Of a stretch of 64,000 nucleotides of DNA, positions 34,937 through 44,363 are shown piece after piece (positions within the stretch are counted from its first letter, which is position 1; the number at the start of each line of letters is the position of its first letter). The notes under the pieces were generated by a model. It saw only the letters and a program-made list of their open reading frames with translations, was not told the DNA's origin and did not search any database. Both the position numbers and the translations under genes were made by a program. The DNA is from Candidatus Nanopelagicales bacterium (GTDB taxonomy: Bacteria > Actinomycetota > Actinomycetes > S36-B12 > UBA10799): contig JAGNDY010000001.1 in NCBI GenBank assembly GCA_018003655.1, positions 35,399 to 99,398 of the forward strand. The letters are read 5' to 3'.

Positions 34937-35473
34937 GTGTCAGTCATGCACCCTGTTTCGGTGCGGAGTGGTTCTGACGTGCCCGCTTTGCGTGGTGTGG
35001 TCTTCATTCACTCCTGCCCGCGATCCTTGCTGCCCCACGTCGAATGGGCACTGGCCAATCTGCTCGGAACGAGCTTTCGGCTCAACTGGTCCGCGCAGCC
35101 CGTCTTGCCGGGGACTCATCGCGCGGACTCCGCATTCACGGCTGCAGCCGGAATGGCTGGCCAGATCGCGTCAGAACTGCGGGCTTTTCCGGGGCTTCGC
35201 TTTGAGGTCACGCAGAACCCAGGAGTTCACACCGAAGGGGAGCGGTACGCCTGCACGCCCAGCCTGGGAATCTTCCGTGGGTCAATGGGTGCTCACGGTG
35301 ACGTCGTGGTCAACGAGGAGCAACTGCGGTCGGCGATGTCGAGGGCATCCGGTGGTGCGGACCTGGCGTCGCAGATTCAGGCGCTGATCGGCACGGCGTG
35401 GGACGAGGAGTTGGAAGTGTTCCGATACGCCGGGGACGGCGCACCGGTGCGCTGGATGCACGACGTCGGCTAG
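34937..35473 (+). CDS. DUF3145 domain-containing protein (actinobacterial conserved)
   Basis: A 178-aa ORF with GTG 34937 lying 6 nt after AAGGAGG. 'RGVVFIHSCPRSLLPHVEWALANLLG' matches my recollection of the DUF3145 N-terminal signature. Confidence 0.7.
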   Translation: MSVMHPVSVRSGSDVPALRGVVFIHSCPRSLLPHVEWALANLLGTSFRLNWSAQPVLPGTHRADSAFTAAAGMAGQIASELRAFPGLRFEVTQNPGVHTEGERYACTPSLGIFRGSMGAHGDVVVNEEQLRSAMSRASGGADLASQIQALIGTAWDEELEVFRYAGDGAPVRWMHDVG

Positions 35474-35520
35474 ATCCCTGTCTGCAGTGTCTGCAGTCAG
35501 TTCTGGTCACTGGGTGATCA

Positions 35521-37086
35521 TTGGCTTCGTTGCACCATGATGGGCCGGTGAGCCAGGAATCCGTGCCGGTCGGGCAGCGAGACCCGCGCAGGTGGTGGGC
35601 CCTAGCTGCTCTGAGCCTGGCAGTTCTGCTGGTCGCGGTCGATAACACGATTCTGGCGCTGGCAATTCCGAGCCTGTCTGCCGATCTGGCTCCAACTCCC
35701 ACCGAGTTGCTGTGGATCGGCGACATCTACTCGTTCGTGCTCGCCGGTCTGCTCATCACGATGGGCAACATCGGCGACCGCATCGGACGCAAGCGGTTAC
35801 TGATCATCGGACTGGTGTTTTTCGGGCTGGTCTCGGTGCTCGCGGCGTTCTCGCCGACAGCAGCCACGCTGATCGCATCGCGGGCGCTGCTCGGCGTTGC
35901 TGGCGCGACGCTCATGCCTTCCACACTGTCGCTTATTCGCCACACCTTTCCCGACGCCAAGGAGCGAAGCTTCGCAATCGGGGTATGGGCCGCCGTGGCT
36001 GCTGCCGGTGGTGGACTCGGTCCGTTGCTCGGCGGCGTCCTGCTGGAGCACTTCTGGTGGGGTTCGGTGTTCTTGGTCAACGTGCCCATCGTGATCGTGA
36101 TCATTGGCATCGGCTGGTGGGCGCTGCGCGAGTCGCGCAATCCGAACCCGGGGCCGATCGACCTTCTCAGCGTGGCGCTCTCGCTGGTGGGAATCATCGC
36201 GTTCATCGCCGGTGTCAAGGAACTGGCGATCTCCGGGCTGGGGAACACCGATGCGTGGGCGATGCTGGTGGTCGGGATCGCGTTGATGGTGTGGTTTGCG
36301 CGTAGACAGTTGTATCTGGAAACCCCCTTGATCGACATCAGGCTGTTCAGGATCCCGGCCTTCGGCGGAGCGGTTTCCGCCGACCTGATCAGCGTTTTCG
36401 GGCTGATGGGGGTGTATTTCTTCCTCGCTCAGCAATTCCAGCTTGCCCTTGGCGATAGCCCGTTGCAGGCAGGCTTCCAGTTGCTGCCGGCAGAAATCGG
36501 CGCGCTCGTCGGCGCATTGAGTGCGAGTCGCATCATCGCCATCTATGGCCGGCGGATGGCAATTGGTGGTGGCATCACCCTGGGTGCGTTCGGTCTGTTG
36601 ATCTTGGGCCTGGTTCACGCGACTGGGGTTGCACCGGTGACCTTCGCGATCGTGCTGGTCGGCCTCGGCTTCGGGGTCTCCCTCACCGGGACGTCGGATG
36701 CGATTCTGGCGGCGGCCCCACCGGATCGGGCGGGTGCTGCCGCAGCGGTGTCCGAGACTGCCTACGAGCTAGGCGCCGCGCTCGGAATTGCCATCCTGGG
36801 GACCGTCCTCGGTGCGTACTACCGGGCAATTGTGGTCGTACCGGCGGGCTTGCCAACCGATGCCAGCGCGGCAGTGGACGACTCCCTGAGCTCAACCGTT
36901 GGGGCAATAGCGGAGCAGCCGCAAGACATTGCCGACCAGATGTTGCTCGCAGCCCGCACGGCCTTCACCGATGCCTTCAGCGTCACCAGCATCGTTGCCG
37001 CAGTCATCTGTTTCGCAGGTGCCATCGTCGCCTTCCGAGTCTTGCCGACCAAGGCGGAGGAACGGCAGGTCCTCATTGACCACTGA
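35521..37086 (+). CDS. MFS transporter, DHA2 (EmrB/QacA, 14-TMS) family
   Basis: A 521-aa ORF. 'LAVLLVAVDNTILALAIPSLSADL' and 'GNIGDRIGRKRLLIIGL' (motif A) are typical of DHA2 drug:H+ antiporters. Confidence 0.8.
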   Translation: MASLHHDGPVSQESVPVGQRDPRRWWALAALSLAVLLVAVDNTILALAIPSLSADLAPTPTELLWIGDIYSFVLAGLLITMGNIGDRIGRKRLLIIGLVFFGLVSVLAAFSPTAATLIASRALLGVAGATLMPSTLSLIRHTFPDAKERSFAIGVWAAVAAAGGGLGPLLGGVLLEHFWWGSVFLVNVPIVIVIIGIGWWALRESRNPNPGPIDLLSVALSLVGIIAFIAGVKELAISGLGNTDAWAMLVVGIALMVWFARRQLYLETPLIDIRLFRIPAFGGAVSADLISVFGLMGVYFFLAQQFQLALGDSPLQAGFQLLPAEIGALVGALSASRIIAIYGRRMAIGGGITLGAFGLLILGLVHATGVAPVTFAIVLVGLGFGVSLTGTSDAILAAAPPDRAGAAAAVSETAYELGAALGIAILGTVLGAYYRAIVVVPAGLPTDASAAVDDSLSSTVGAIAEQPQDIADQMLLAARTAFTDAFSVTSIVAAVICFAGAIVAFRVLPTKAEERQVLIDH

Positions 37087-37132
37087 AGGCGGGGGCGCTC
37101 GGTCGGGCCGTGTTGGCGCCAAGGTCGTCGTC

Positions 37133-37861
37133 GTGCCGGCGCTCCAGCGTTTCTCGACAGACACGCAGTGGCTGACCTCGCGGCACTCGTTCTCGTTCGG
37201 GCAGCACTACGACCCCCTGAACACTCACTTCGGCCATTTACTCGTCTCAAACGATGATGTCGTTGCGCCGGGAACCGGGTTTGACACCCACCCGCACCGA
37301 GACATGGAGATCGTGACCTGGGTCCTGTCTGGTTCCTTGGTTCACCAGGACTCAGCGGGAAACAGCGGAGTTATCTACCCGGGCCTGGCGCAACGGATGA
37401 GCGCAGGACGGGGGATTCACCACTCGGAGAAGAACGACTCGTGGCGGATCGACGGTCACGAACACGCCGAACCAGTGCACTTCGTGCAGATGTGGGTCGC
37501 ACCCGAGCAGCGTGGAATCGAACCTAGCTACCAGCATCTCGACATCTCCAACGAGCTTGATGGGGGCGAACTCGTGGTGGTCGCGTCAGGACTGCCCAAG
37601 CACGCCGACGTCCGTGCCATTGCCCTTCGTCAGCGGGGCGCGGGTCTACTGGCCGGCAGACTCCCGGCGGGGCGGCGCAGTCAGTTGCCGGACGCACGGT
37701 TCTTGCACGTCTTTGTTGCGCGTGGGCAGATTCAACTGGAAAGTGGGCAGATCCTGCTCACCGGCGATGCGGCCAGGATTACCGATGCAGGACAACTCAG
37801 CATAGTCGCGGGCGAACCCGGTGCCGAGGTCTTGGTATGGGAGATGCACTCCTCGCTGTAG
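37133..37861 (+). CDS. Pirin family protein
   Basis: 'WLTSRHSFSFGQHYDP', 'FDTHPHRDMEIVTWVLSG.L.HQDS.GN' and 'QRMSAGRGIHHSEKN' are pirin cupin motifs. The track ORF (36929) overlaps the MFS gene, and GTG 37133 gives a family-typical N-terminus. Confidence 0.75.
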   Translation: MPALQRFSTDTQWLTSRHSFSFGQHYDPLNTHFGHLLVSNDDVVAPGTGFDTHPHRDMEIVTWVLSGSLVHQDSAGNSGVIYPGLAQRMSAGRGIHHSEKNDSWRIDGHEHAEPVHFVQMWVAPEQRGIEPSYQHLDISNELDGGELVVVASGLPKHADVRAIALRQRGAGLLAGRLPAGRRSQLPDARFLHVFVARGQIQLESGQILLTGDAARITDAGQLSIVAGEPGAEVLVWEMHSSL

Positions 37862-37877
37862 CCAACGCCTGTCGGCG

Positions 37878-38636
37878 CTACTTGCGTCTGGCTGACGACC
37901 CACCAGGAGAACCTCGCCGAGCAGCTTCGGACAGCTTGTCCGCCGCCGCCAACACCTGTGCCGCGTGGAGCCGCCCGGGAGTTCGGCTCAACCGCTCCAG
38001 TGGGCCACTGACGCAAATCGCCGCGATCACGCGCCCGCCGGAACCACGAATGGGCGCTGACACACTGGCGACACCCGCCTCGCGCTCGGCAACGCTTTGT
38101 GCCCACCCGCGCTTCCTGACCGTGACCAACTCGCTGGCAGAAAAGCGCGCGTCCTGCAGGCCATTGTTGATTCGCTCGGGATCTTCCCACGCCAGCAGCA
38201 CTTGAGCAGCTGACCCTGCGTTCATGGAGAGAACTGATCCAACCGGGACGGTGTCGCGCAGGCCTGAGGAACGCTCCGCCGCCGCAATACATATCCGTTG
38301 GTCACCACGGCGCTTGTACAACTGGGTGCTTTCGCCCGTCTGCTGGCGCAGCACATTGAGGATCGGAGCGGAGGCAGCCAGCAGTCGATCGTCGCCACTG
38401 GCAGCGGCGAGTTCCGCGAGGCGGGGCCCGAGGGTGAAACGACCCTTGGCGTCACGGCCGATGAGCCGATGGTGCTCCAGGGCCATGGCGAGTCGATGCA
38501 CGGTAGGCCGGGGGAGTTTGGTCGTTGAGACCAGCCCCGCAAGGTTTAGTGGCCCATCTTCGAGGGCACCAAGCACTAGGACGGACTTATCAATAACGCC
38601 CACCCCGCTGCCGGCCGAATCCTCGAAAATGTCCAT
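37878..38636 (-). CDS. IclR family transcriptional regulator (LtbR-like, divergent from leuCD)
   Basis: I trimmed the ORF to ATG 38636 ('[36 protein letters not shown]'). It has an IclR wHTH followed by a C-terminal effector domain ('ERE.GV.SV.APIR'). Its position next to leuC is conserved in actinobacteria. Confidence 0.8.
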   Translation of the reverse strand: MDIFEDSAGSGVGVIDKSVLVLGALEDGPLNLAGLVSTTKLPRPTVHRLAMALEHHRLIGRDAKGRFTLGPRLAELAAASGDDRLLAASAPILNVLRQQTGESTQLYKRRGDQRICIAAAERSSGLRDTVPVGSVLSMNAGSAAQVLLAWEDPERINNGLQDARFSASELVTVRKRGWAQSVAEREAGVASVSAPIRGSGGRVIAAICVSGPLERLSRTPGRLHAAQVLAAADKLSEAARRGSPGGSSARRK

Positions 38637-38650
38637 ACAATGATACTGCT

Positions 38651-38667
38651 GTCTCGCATAGTGAGAC
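38651..38667. promoter_or_regulatory. Imperfect palindrome GTCTC-N7-GAGAC in the IclR/leuC divergent region (candidate operator)
   Basis: Read directly: GTCTCGCATAGTGAGAC at 38651-38667, between the IclR start (38636) and the leuC start (38750). I do not know a consensus for this site. Confidence 0.25.
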
Positions 38668-38749
38668 GTCAAGTCCACGAATGGGTGAAAGGGTGCGCAC
38701 AATAGCGATCCGCCCGCCAACGACGGGTCTTGGTCGAGCAGGAGGAATC

Positions 38750-40162
38750 ATGGGCCGCACATTGGCGCAGAAGGTGTGGGATCAGCACGTTGTCCGGAGT
38801 GCGGCTGGCGAACCAGATCTGCTCTACATCGACCTTCACCTCATCCACGAGGTGACCAGTCCACAGGCATTTGATGGCCTTCGTGAGGCTGGGCGTCCGG
38901 TGCGTCGCCCCGAGCTGACGGTAGCGACCGAGGATCACAACGTTCCGACCGTGGATATCGACAAGCCGATAGCCGATCCCGTATCGCGCACCCAGGTGGA
39001 GACCCTGCGACGCAACTGCGAGGAGTTCGGCGTGCCCATCTATTCGCTGGGAAACGTTGAGCAAGGCATCGTGCACGTCGTCGGTCCGCAGTTGGGTCTT
39101 ACTCAACCGGGCATGACGGTCGTGTGCGGGGACAGCCATACGTCCACACACGGAGCGTTCGGTGCCTTGGCATTCGGCATCGGAACCAGCGAAGTCGAGC
39201 ACGTCCTGGCGACGCAGACCCTGCCGTTGAAGCCCTTCAAGACAATGGCGATAACTATCGATGGTGCGTTGCCGGAGGGTGTCACGGCCAAGGATCTGAT
39301 CCTGGCGGTGATTGCCGAAATCGGCACCGGCGGTGGCCAGGGTTTTGTCCTGGAATATCGCGGAGAGGCAATCCGAGCCCTGTCCATGGAAGCCCGAATG
39401 ACGATCTGCAACATGTCGATCGAGGCCGGAGCGCGGGCAGGCATGATCGCGCCTGACGAGACGACGTTCGCCTATCTGGCGGGTCGACCCAAGGCACCGG
39501 TGGGCGCGCAATGGGATGAGGCGATGGCAGCGTGGCGAGCTTTGTCCACCGACGATGATGCCGAGTTCGACGCTGAGGTGGTCATCGACGCGTCCTCGCT
39601 CTCGCCATTCGTCACCTGGGGCACCAACCCGGGCCAGGGCGTGCCCTTGTCGGCGAGCGTGCCAAACCCGGCTGACTTTACCGATCCCGGCCAGGCCGCT
39701 GCGGCCCGTCGAGCACTTGAGTACATGGGACTCGAAGCCGGAACACCACTTCGAGACATCGCCGTTGACACGGTGTTTCTTGGCTCGTGCACGAACGGTC
39801 GGATCGAAGACCTGCGAGCGGCGGCCGACGTTGTCCGCGACCGCAAGGTGGCAGACAACGTCACCATGCTGGTTGTCCCTGGCTCGGTTCGGGTGCGCCT
39901 TGCTGCCGAGGCCGAGGGCCTGGACAAGGTATTCATCGAAGCGGGAGCCCAGTGGCGTCAGGCGGGTTGCTCAATGTGTCTGGCGATGAATCCGGACAAG
40001 TTGACCCCTGGCGAGCGGAGTGCCTCCACCTCGAATCGCAACTTCGAGGGTCGGCAGGGGCCTGGCGGGCGAACGCACCTCGTATCGCCGCCAGTCGCGG
40101 CCGCCACCGCCGTCCTTGGCCACCTGGCCGCACCCACCGACCTTGAGCCGCTGGCCGGCTGA
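38750..40162 (+). CDS. leuC: 3-isopropylmalate dehydratase large subunit
   Basis: ATG 38750 follows AGGAGG. '[15 protein letters not shown]', '[14 protein letters not shown]', '[14 protein letters not shown]' and '[11 protein letters not shown]' are aconitase-family LeuC motifs. Confidence 0.9.
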   Translation: MGRTLAQKVWDQHVVRSAAGEPDLLYIDLHLIHEVTSPQAFDGLREAGRPVRRPELTVATEDHNVPTVDIDKPIADPVSRTQVETLRRNCEEFGVPIYSLGNVEQGIVHVVGPQLGLTQPGMTVVCGDSHTSTHGAFGALAFGIGTSEVEHVLATQTLPLKPFKTMAITIDGALPEGVTAKDLILAVIAEIGTGGGQGFVLEYRGEAIRALSMEARMTICNMSIEAGARAGMIAPDETTFAYLAGRPKAPVGAQWDEAMAAWRALSTDDDAEFDAEVVIDASSLSPFVTWGTNPGQGVPLSASVPNPADFTDPGQAAAARRALEYMGLEAGTPLRDIAVDTVFLGSCTNGRIEDLRAAADVVRDRKVADNVTMLVVPGSVRVRLAAEAEGLDKVFIEAGAQWRQAGCSMCLAMNPDKLTPGERSASTSNRNFEGRQGPGGRTHLVSPPVAAATAVLGHLAAPTDLEPLAG

Positions 40163-40186
40163 CGGTCAACAGACTGAGGAGTTGTC

Positions 40187-40774
40187 ATGAAGAAGTTCAC
40201 GGTTCACACCGGCGTTGGAGTCCCGTTGCAACGCAGCAACGTCGACACCGACCAGATCATCCCGGCCGCCTACCTCAAGCGGGTCACTCGTCACGGATAT
40301 GAAGATGCGCTCTTCTCGGCTTGGCGCAACGATCCGGATTTCGTGTTGAATGATCAGGCGTTCAGTTCCGGATCGGTGCTGGTGGCCGGACCCGAATTCG
40401 GCACGGGGTCCTCTCGCGAACATGCTGTGTGGGCGCTACAGGACTACGGCTTCAAGGTCGTGTTGTCGAGTCGGTACGCGGACATCTTCCGTGGCAATGC
40501 GGGAAAGGGTGGACTGCTTGCCGCGGAGGTTGACCAAGCGGTGATTGAGCGATTGTGGCAACTCATGGCCGAGCAGCCCGGTGCGCACATCACGGTCAAT
40601 CTGGTGGAGCGTCGAGTCCAAGCAGACGGAATTGATGAGCCGTTCATCATTGATGACTATGTGCGATGGCGATTGCTGGAAGGTCTCGATGACATTGGTA
40701 TCACCTTGCGCCATGAGCCGGACATCACGGCTTTCGAGGCATCGCGGCCGTCGTACTTGCCGACGACCATCTGA
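40187..40774 (+). CDS. leuD: 3-isopropylmalate dehydratase small subunit
   Basis: A 195-aa ORF. '[14 protein letters not shown]', '[17 protein letters not shown]' and 'ADIFRGN' are LeuD motifs. Confidence 0.9.
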   Translation: MKKFTVHTGVGVPLQRSNVDTDQIIPAAYLKRVTRHGYEDALFSAWRNDPDFVLNDQAFSSGSVLVAGPEFGTGSSREHAVWALQDYGFKVVLSSRYADIFRGNAGKGGLLAAEVDQAVIERLWQLMAEQPGAHITVNLVERRVQADGIDEPFIIDDYVRWRLLEGLDDIGITLRHEPDITAFEASRPSYLPTTI

Positions 40775-40967
40775 AGTCATTCGGTGCGTTCTCGTTGCCT
40801 GTTGATCTCGGACGTGGAAGCATGGATGCGCTGTGCGGTAGGCACTTGTGGCGATCTTTCGTCGGGAGCGGTTACGGCGTGGCATCCAATTAGACCTGTG
40901 TGCTCCGTCTAGCCTCGCGCTTGCCGGGCACAACAGCCCGGAGAAGCCCCCCGACGGAGGATTTGTT

Positions 40968-41561
40968 GTGAACAAGGCAGAACTCATTGATCGTGTTGCA
41001 GAACGACTAGAGCTCAATCGCAAGCAGGCGCAGGACGCGGTGGAAGAGGTCATTGGTTCCATCCAACAGGCAGTCGCGAGCGGTGAGAAAGTTGCGATCA
41101 CCGGATTCGGAATCTTCGAGAAGGCGTCGCGACGTGCACGTACGGGGCGCAACCCGTCCACGGGTGCCATCGTCAAGATCAAGGCGACCCACGTTCCACG
41201 CTTCCGCGCCGGAGCGGAGTTCAAGAGTGTGGTGAAGACCGGCCGTGCCGCCGCTGCGAAGAAAGCAGCACCGGTGAAGAAGGCAGTGGCGAAGCAGGCG
41301 GCGGCAGTTAAGAAGGCCGCACCAGCCAAGAAGGCGCCAGCTAAGAAGGCGCCAGCTAAGAAGGCACCGGCGAAGAAGGCACCGGCGAAGAAGGCGCCAG
41401 CTAAGAAGGCGCCCGCCAAGAAGGCGCCCGCCAAGAAGGCACCGGCGAAGAAGGCACCGGCCAAGAAGGCACCGGCCAAGAAGGCACCGGCCAAGAAGGC
41501 ACCGGCCAAGAAGGCACCGGCCAAGAAGGCACCGGCCAAGAAGGCATCAGCCAAGAAGTGA
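40968..41561 (+). CDS. hupB: Nucleoid-associated HU protein with Lys/Ala/Pro-rich histone-like C-terminal tail (HupB/Hlp type)
   Basis: GTG 40968 lies 7 nt after GGAGG. The HU fold reads '[13 protein letters not shown]...[51 protein letters not shown]', followed by a PAKKA repeat tail. Confidence 0.9.
   Translation: MNKAELIDRVAERLELNRKQAQDAVEEVIGSIQQAVASGEKVAITGFGIFEKASRRARTGRNPSTGAIVKIKATHVPRFRAGAEFKSVVKTGRAAAAKKAAPVKKAVAKQAAAVKKAAPAKKAPAKKAPAKKAPAKKAPAKKAPAKKAPAKKAPAKKAPAKKAPAKKAPAKKAPAKKAPAKKAPAKKAPAKKASAKK
41322..41558 (+). repeat. 15-nt tandem repeat inside hupB: 15 PAKKA units plus a terminal SAKK
   Basis: I counted this directly. There are 15 consecutive 15-nt units (CCN GCN AAG AAG GCN) from 41322 to 41546. 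Units 10-15 (41457-41546) are six identical copies of CCGGCCAAGAAGGCA. A degenerate TCAGCCAAGAAG follows. Confidence 0.95.
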
Positions 41562-41574
41562 CGTAACGACTTGG

Positions 41575-41630
41575 CAACAACGCAGGAGCGGGATCGGACC
41601 CCAAGGTTCGATCCCGCTCCTGCGTTGTTG
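41575..41630. terminator. Perfect 22-bp inverted repeat between convergent hupB and fbiD (candidate bidirectional intrinsic terminator)
   Basis: Left arm CAACAACGCAGGAGCGGGATCG (41575-41596), a 12-nt loop, then right arm CGATCCCGCTCCTGCGTTGTTG (41609-41630). The right arm is followed by GGGCGCTTTAA. No strong U-tract is present. Confidence 0.6.
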
Positions 41631-41655
41631 GGCGCTTTAAAACCCCGAGCGCGGT

Positions 41656-42342
41656 TTAGTCCAACAGCAGCGAACCCTGCTGACGCAGGACCCGTCGACT
41701 GTTTGGGCCGAGTCCTGATTCGGCAGCGCGCCGGAGATCGTCCGCTGTGTCGACGTCGAGACGAAGTTGCGCGGGAGTGCCGACCGTCAAATCTCGAGCA
41801 CCCGACCGACGATGCTCCGCGGCCGATCCATCGCCAAACATCGGGCGGAGGAGTTGGTGCGTGTTAGCGGTCAATACCGTGGTGCCAGTGCCTGAATGGT
41901 CCGAGACGAAGCAGCGCGGGTAACTGGCCGCCGATGCCAGGGCTTGGTCGATGCTCTCAGGTGTCGCGCAAGCTAGATCGCCCGCAATCACAGCCAAGCG
42001 TGCACCCGCGTCCAGTTGGCGGATCCAGTCTTCCGCTCGCCCAAGCGCGGCGTTCAACGAACTGCGTGCGGAATCTGCGCCCTCGTCATCGCGGTCGGTG
42101 ATTGCTTGCGCCCCCGCTGCTCTAGCTGTCGCCAAGACCGTTGCGTCACCGGAAACAACGAAAACGCGAGTGACGCCTGACGCGGTCAGGCAGGCGTGCA
42201 GGACATCCTTGGCGAACGCGAGGGCCAGTGGTGCTCGCTGGCCATCGTGGGATAAACCAAGGCGGCTCTTTGCACGTGCGAGTTCTTTGACCGGCACCAC
42301 GACGGTCCATCCGCCGCTGTTGTTTGGTTGCTTCGGGTGCAC
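41656..42342 (-). CDS. fbiD: Phosphoenolpyruvate/2-phospho-L-lactate guanylyltransferase (F420 biosynthesis, CofC/FbiD)
   Basis: A 228-aa ORF. '[16 protein letters not shown]' (the CofC signature PxK..AKSRL) and '[14 protein letters not shown]'. Its position near hupB/leuCD matches mycobacterial synteny. Confidence 0.75.
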   Translation of the reverse strand: MHPKQPNNSGGWTVVVPVKELARAKSRLGLSHDGQRAPLALAFAKDVLHACLTASGVTRVFVVSGDATVLATARAAGAQAITDRDDEGADSARSSLNAALGRAEDWIRQLDAGARLAVIAGDLACATPESIDQALASAASYPRCFVSDHSGTGTTVLTANTHQLLRPMFGDGSAAEHRRSGARDLTVGTPAQLRLDVDTADDLRRAAESGLGPNSRRVLRQQGSLLLD

Positions 42343-42467
42343 CGTGGAATGGTGTCACTACGGTTCGATGACATCGATGGCGCGTGGCACCGATGTCGGT
42401 ATTCGGATCGACACAGCGACACAAACCCGGCACGATCAGGCGCAACTAGAAAGGGGGAGATCGCCAA

Positions 42468-43247
42468 GTGGGAGCGCGCAGGCACGGGGCTCGACACCTC
42501 GGTCCGTTCTATCGGTTTGCGGTCATGACCATTGCACCGTTCATGACAGTCTGGACCCGTCGTGAACGCCGCAACCTCGAGATCCTCAGCGCAACCTATC
42601 CACCCAACGACGGCGTCATCGTGGCGATCAACCACATGTCCTGGTTCGACCCGATGAATGTGTGCCACACGCTGTGGGACGCCGGGCGGCCACCGCGATT
42701 CATGGCCAAGGAGAAGCTGTTCCGGGTTCCTTTTCTCGGACAGATCATGAGCGGCGCAGGCCAGATACCGGTCTTCCGCGAGTCCGACGACCCCAGGGCT
42801 GCAATCAGCGCCGCGATTGACGCCATCAACGCGGGCGAGTGCGTCGTCGTCTATCCGGAGGGAACCATGACGCGGGACCCCGAGTACTGGGTCATGAAGG
42901 GCAGAACTGGAGCGGCCCACTTGGCGCTGGAGACCGGTGCCCCGGTCATCCCGATGGCCCAGTGGGGTCCCCAGGAGGTGATGGGCGCTTACAAGAACGA
43001 ATTCAAGATCCTTCCACGCAAACTCATGCGCACGAATGTTGGTCCGCCTGTTGATCTCGACGACTTTCGCGGGAAGGAGATCACCCGCGAGTTGTTACAT
43101 GAAGCCACCGACCGGATCATTGAAGCGATCACCGTTCTGCTGGCGGAGTTGCGCGGTGAAGACGCACCCCCCGATCATCTTGACTACCGAGAATGGCGCA
43201 AGGCCCAGGCCGGAGGTCAACCCGGTTCAGCCACAGCGAGCACATAG
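42468..43247 (+). CDS. 1-acyl-sn-glycerol-3-phosphate (lysophospholipid) acyltransferase
   Basis: A 259-aa ORF with 'AINHMSWFDP' (HX4D) and 'VVVYPEGTMTRD' (PEGT) acyltransferase motifs. The GTG start follows AAAGGGGGAG. Confidence 0.8.
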   Translation: MGARRHGARHLGPFYRFAVMTIAPFMTVWTRRERRNLEILSATYPPNDGVIVAINHMSWFDPMNVCHTLWDAGRPPRFMAKEKLFRVPFLGQIMSGAGQIPVFRESDDPRAAISAAIDAINAGECVVVYPEGTMTRDPEYWVMKGRTGAAHLALETGAPVIPMAQWGPQEVMGAYKNEFKILPRKLMRTNVGPPVDLDDFRGKEITRELLHEATDRIIEAITVLLAELRGEDAPPDHLDYREWRKAQAGGQPGSATAST

Positions 43248-43331
43248 CCCGCGACCAGCTAGGCAGTACTACCGACCAGACAGCAACACTCAACCAAAAG
43301 AACCACCGAGAAGCACGACAGGAGTCAAGCG

Positions 43332-44348
43332 ATGACACGGGTAACGATTATGGGTAGCGGCTCGATGGGAACTGCCATGGCAATGGTGACCGCTGACGCT
43401 GGCGGTGAGGTCGTGACCTGGGCATTGGAACCTGAAGTCGCCGATAGCATCACGCGCTTGCACGAGAACAAGGTCTACCAACCCGGTTTTGAGTTGCCCC
43501 CGAGCATTACGTCTACCACTGACCCCGAGGAGGCGCTGCGAGACGCGGAGATCGTCCTCCTGGCGATCCCCTCTCAAACATTGCGTGAGAATCTGAAGGC
43601 TTGGAAGAGCTTCATTCCGGAAGGCGCGATCCTGGTCAGCCTGATGAAAGGCATCGAACTCGGAACCTGCCTGCGGATGACCCAGGTCATTGCGGAGGTC
43701 GCTGAAGTCTCGCCCGAATACGCCGCCACAATGTCAGGCCCCAATCTGGCCCGAGAGATCGTCCAGCGCCAGCCCGCTGCGACCACGGTTGCGTGCGCGA
43801 GCCCCGAGAATGCGCAGAAGTTGGCCCTCGCCGTCACCACGGCATACTTCCGGCCCTACTGGACCCCCGATGTGGTGGGCACCGAGCTGGCCGGGGCGGT
43901 CAAGAACGTCATCGCGTTGGCCAACGGCATGGCCTACGGAATGGGATTCGGTGAGAACTCCCAGGCATCCATGATCACCCGTGGTTTGGCTGAGATGTCG
44001 CGCCTCGGCGCAGCCCTCGGCGCGAATCCGCTGACATTCCTCGGTCTTGCCGGGATCGGCGACATGATCGCCACCTGCACATCACCGCTGTCTCGTAACC
44101 GCACGTTCGGCGAGAACCTGGGCCGCGGGCTCACGGTCGAGGAGACCATCGAGCAAACCAAGCAGACGTGCGAGGGCGTCAAAAGTTGCCAGTCCGTGCT
44201 GGACCTCGCCACCCGCAACGGTGTCGACATGCCCATCACCGAACAGGTCGTCCAGGTGGTGCACCACGGGATGCCGCCTCGGGAGATGCTGGGCAACTTG
44301 ATGTCGCGCGACCCGAAGGCGGAACAAGGAAGCGGTGCAGCGGAATAG
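43332..44348 (+). CDS. gpsA: NAD(P)H-dependent glycerol-3-phosphate dehydrogenase
   Basis: A 338-aa ORF. 'VTIMGSGSMGTAMA', 'GPNLAREI', 'GAVKNVIALA.GM..G.GFG.N' and 'CTS..SRN...G..LG.G' are GpsA motifs. Confidence 0.9.
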   Translation: MTRVTIMGSGSMGTAMAMVTADAGGEVVTWALEPEVADSITRLHENKVYQPGFELPPSITSTTDPEEALRDAEIVLLAIPSQTLRENLKAWKSFIPEGAILVSLMKGIELGTCLRMTQVIAEVAEVSPEYAATMSGPNLAREIVQRQPAATTVACASPENAQKLALAVTTAYFRPYWTPDVVGTELAGAVKNVIALANGMAYGMGFGENSQASMITRGLAEMSRLGAALGANPLTFLGLAGIGDMIATCTSPLSRNRTFGENLGRGLTVEETIEQTKQTCEGVKSCQSVLDLATRNGVDMPITEQVVQVVHHGMPPREMLGNLMSRDPKAEQGSGAAE

Positions 44349-44363
44349 CCAGCCGCGGCGCGT

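Noticed and set aside
35797-36618. A 273-aa minus-strand ORF, together with the 35727-36338 ORF, opposite the MFS transporter.
   Set aside because: They are antisense or alternative frames of a 14-TMS DHA2 transporter gene, and their charged, Arg/Asp-rich composition is typical of shadow frames.
38669-39511. A 280-aa minus-strand ORF opposite leuC.
   Set aside because: It is antisense to leuC, which has unambiguous aconitase-family motifs.
40436-41554. A 372-aa minus-strand ORF with a striking '[10 protein letters not shown]...' repeat.
   Set aside because: It is the antisense reading of the hupB PAKKA repeat and of the HU-fold coding region. hupB on the plus strand has an RBS, a canonical HU domain and a family-typical tail, so this is a shadow ORF.
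42186-42920. A 244-aa minus-strand ORF bridging the fbiD start and plsC.
   Set aside because: It crosses the fbiD/plsC divergent intergenic region and is antisense to the plsC HX4D/PEGT-containing frame.
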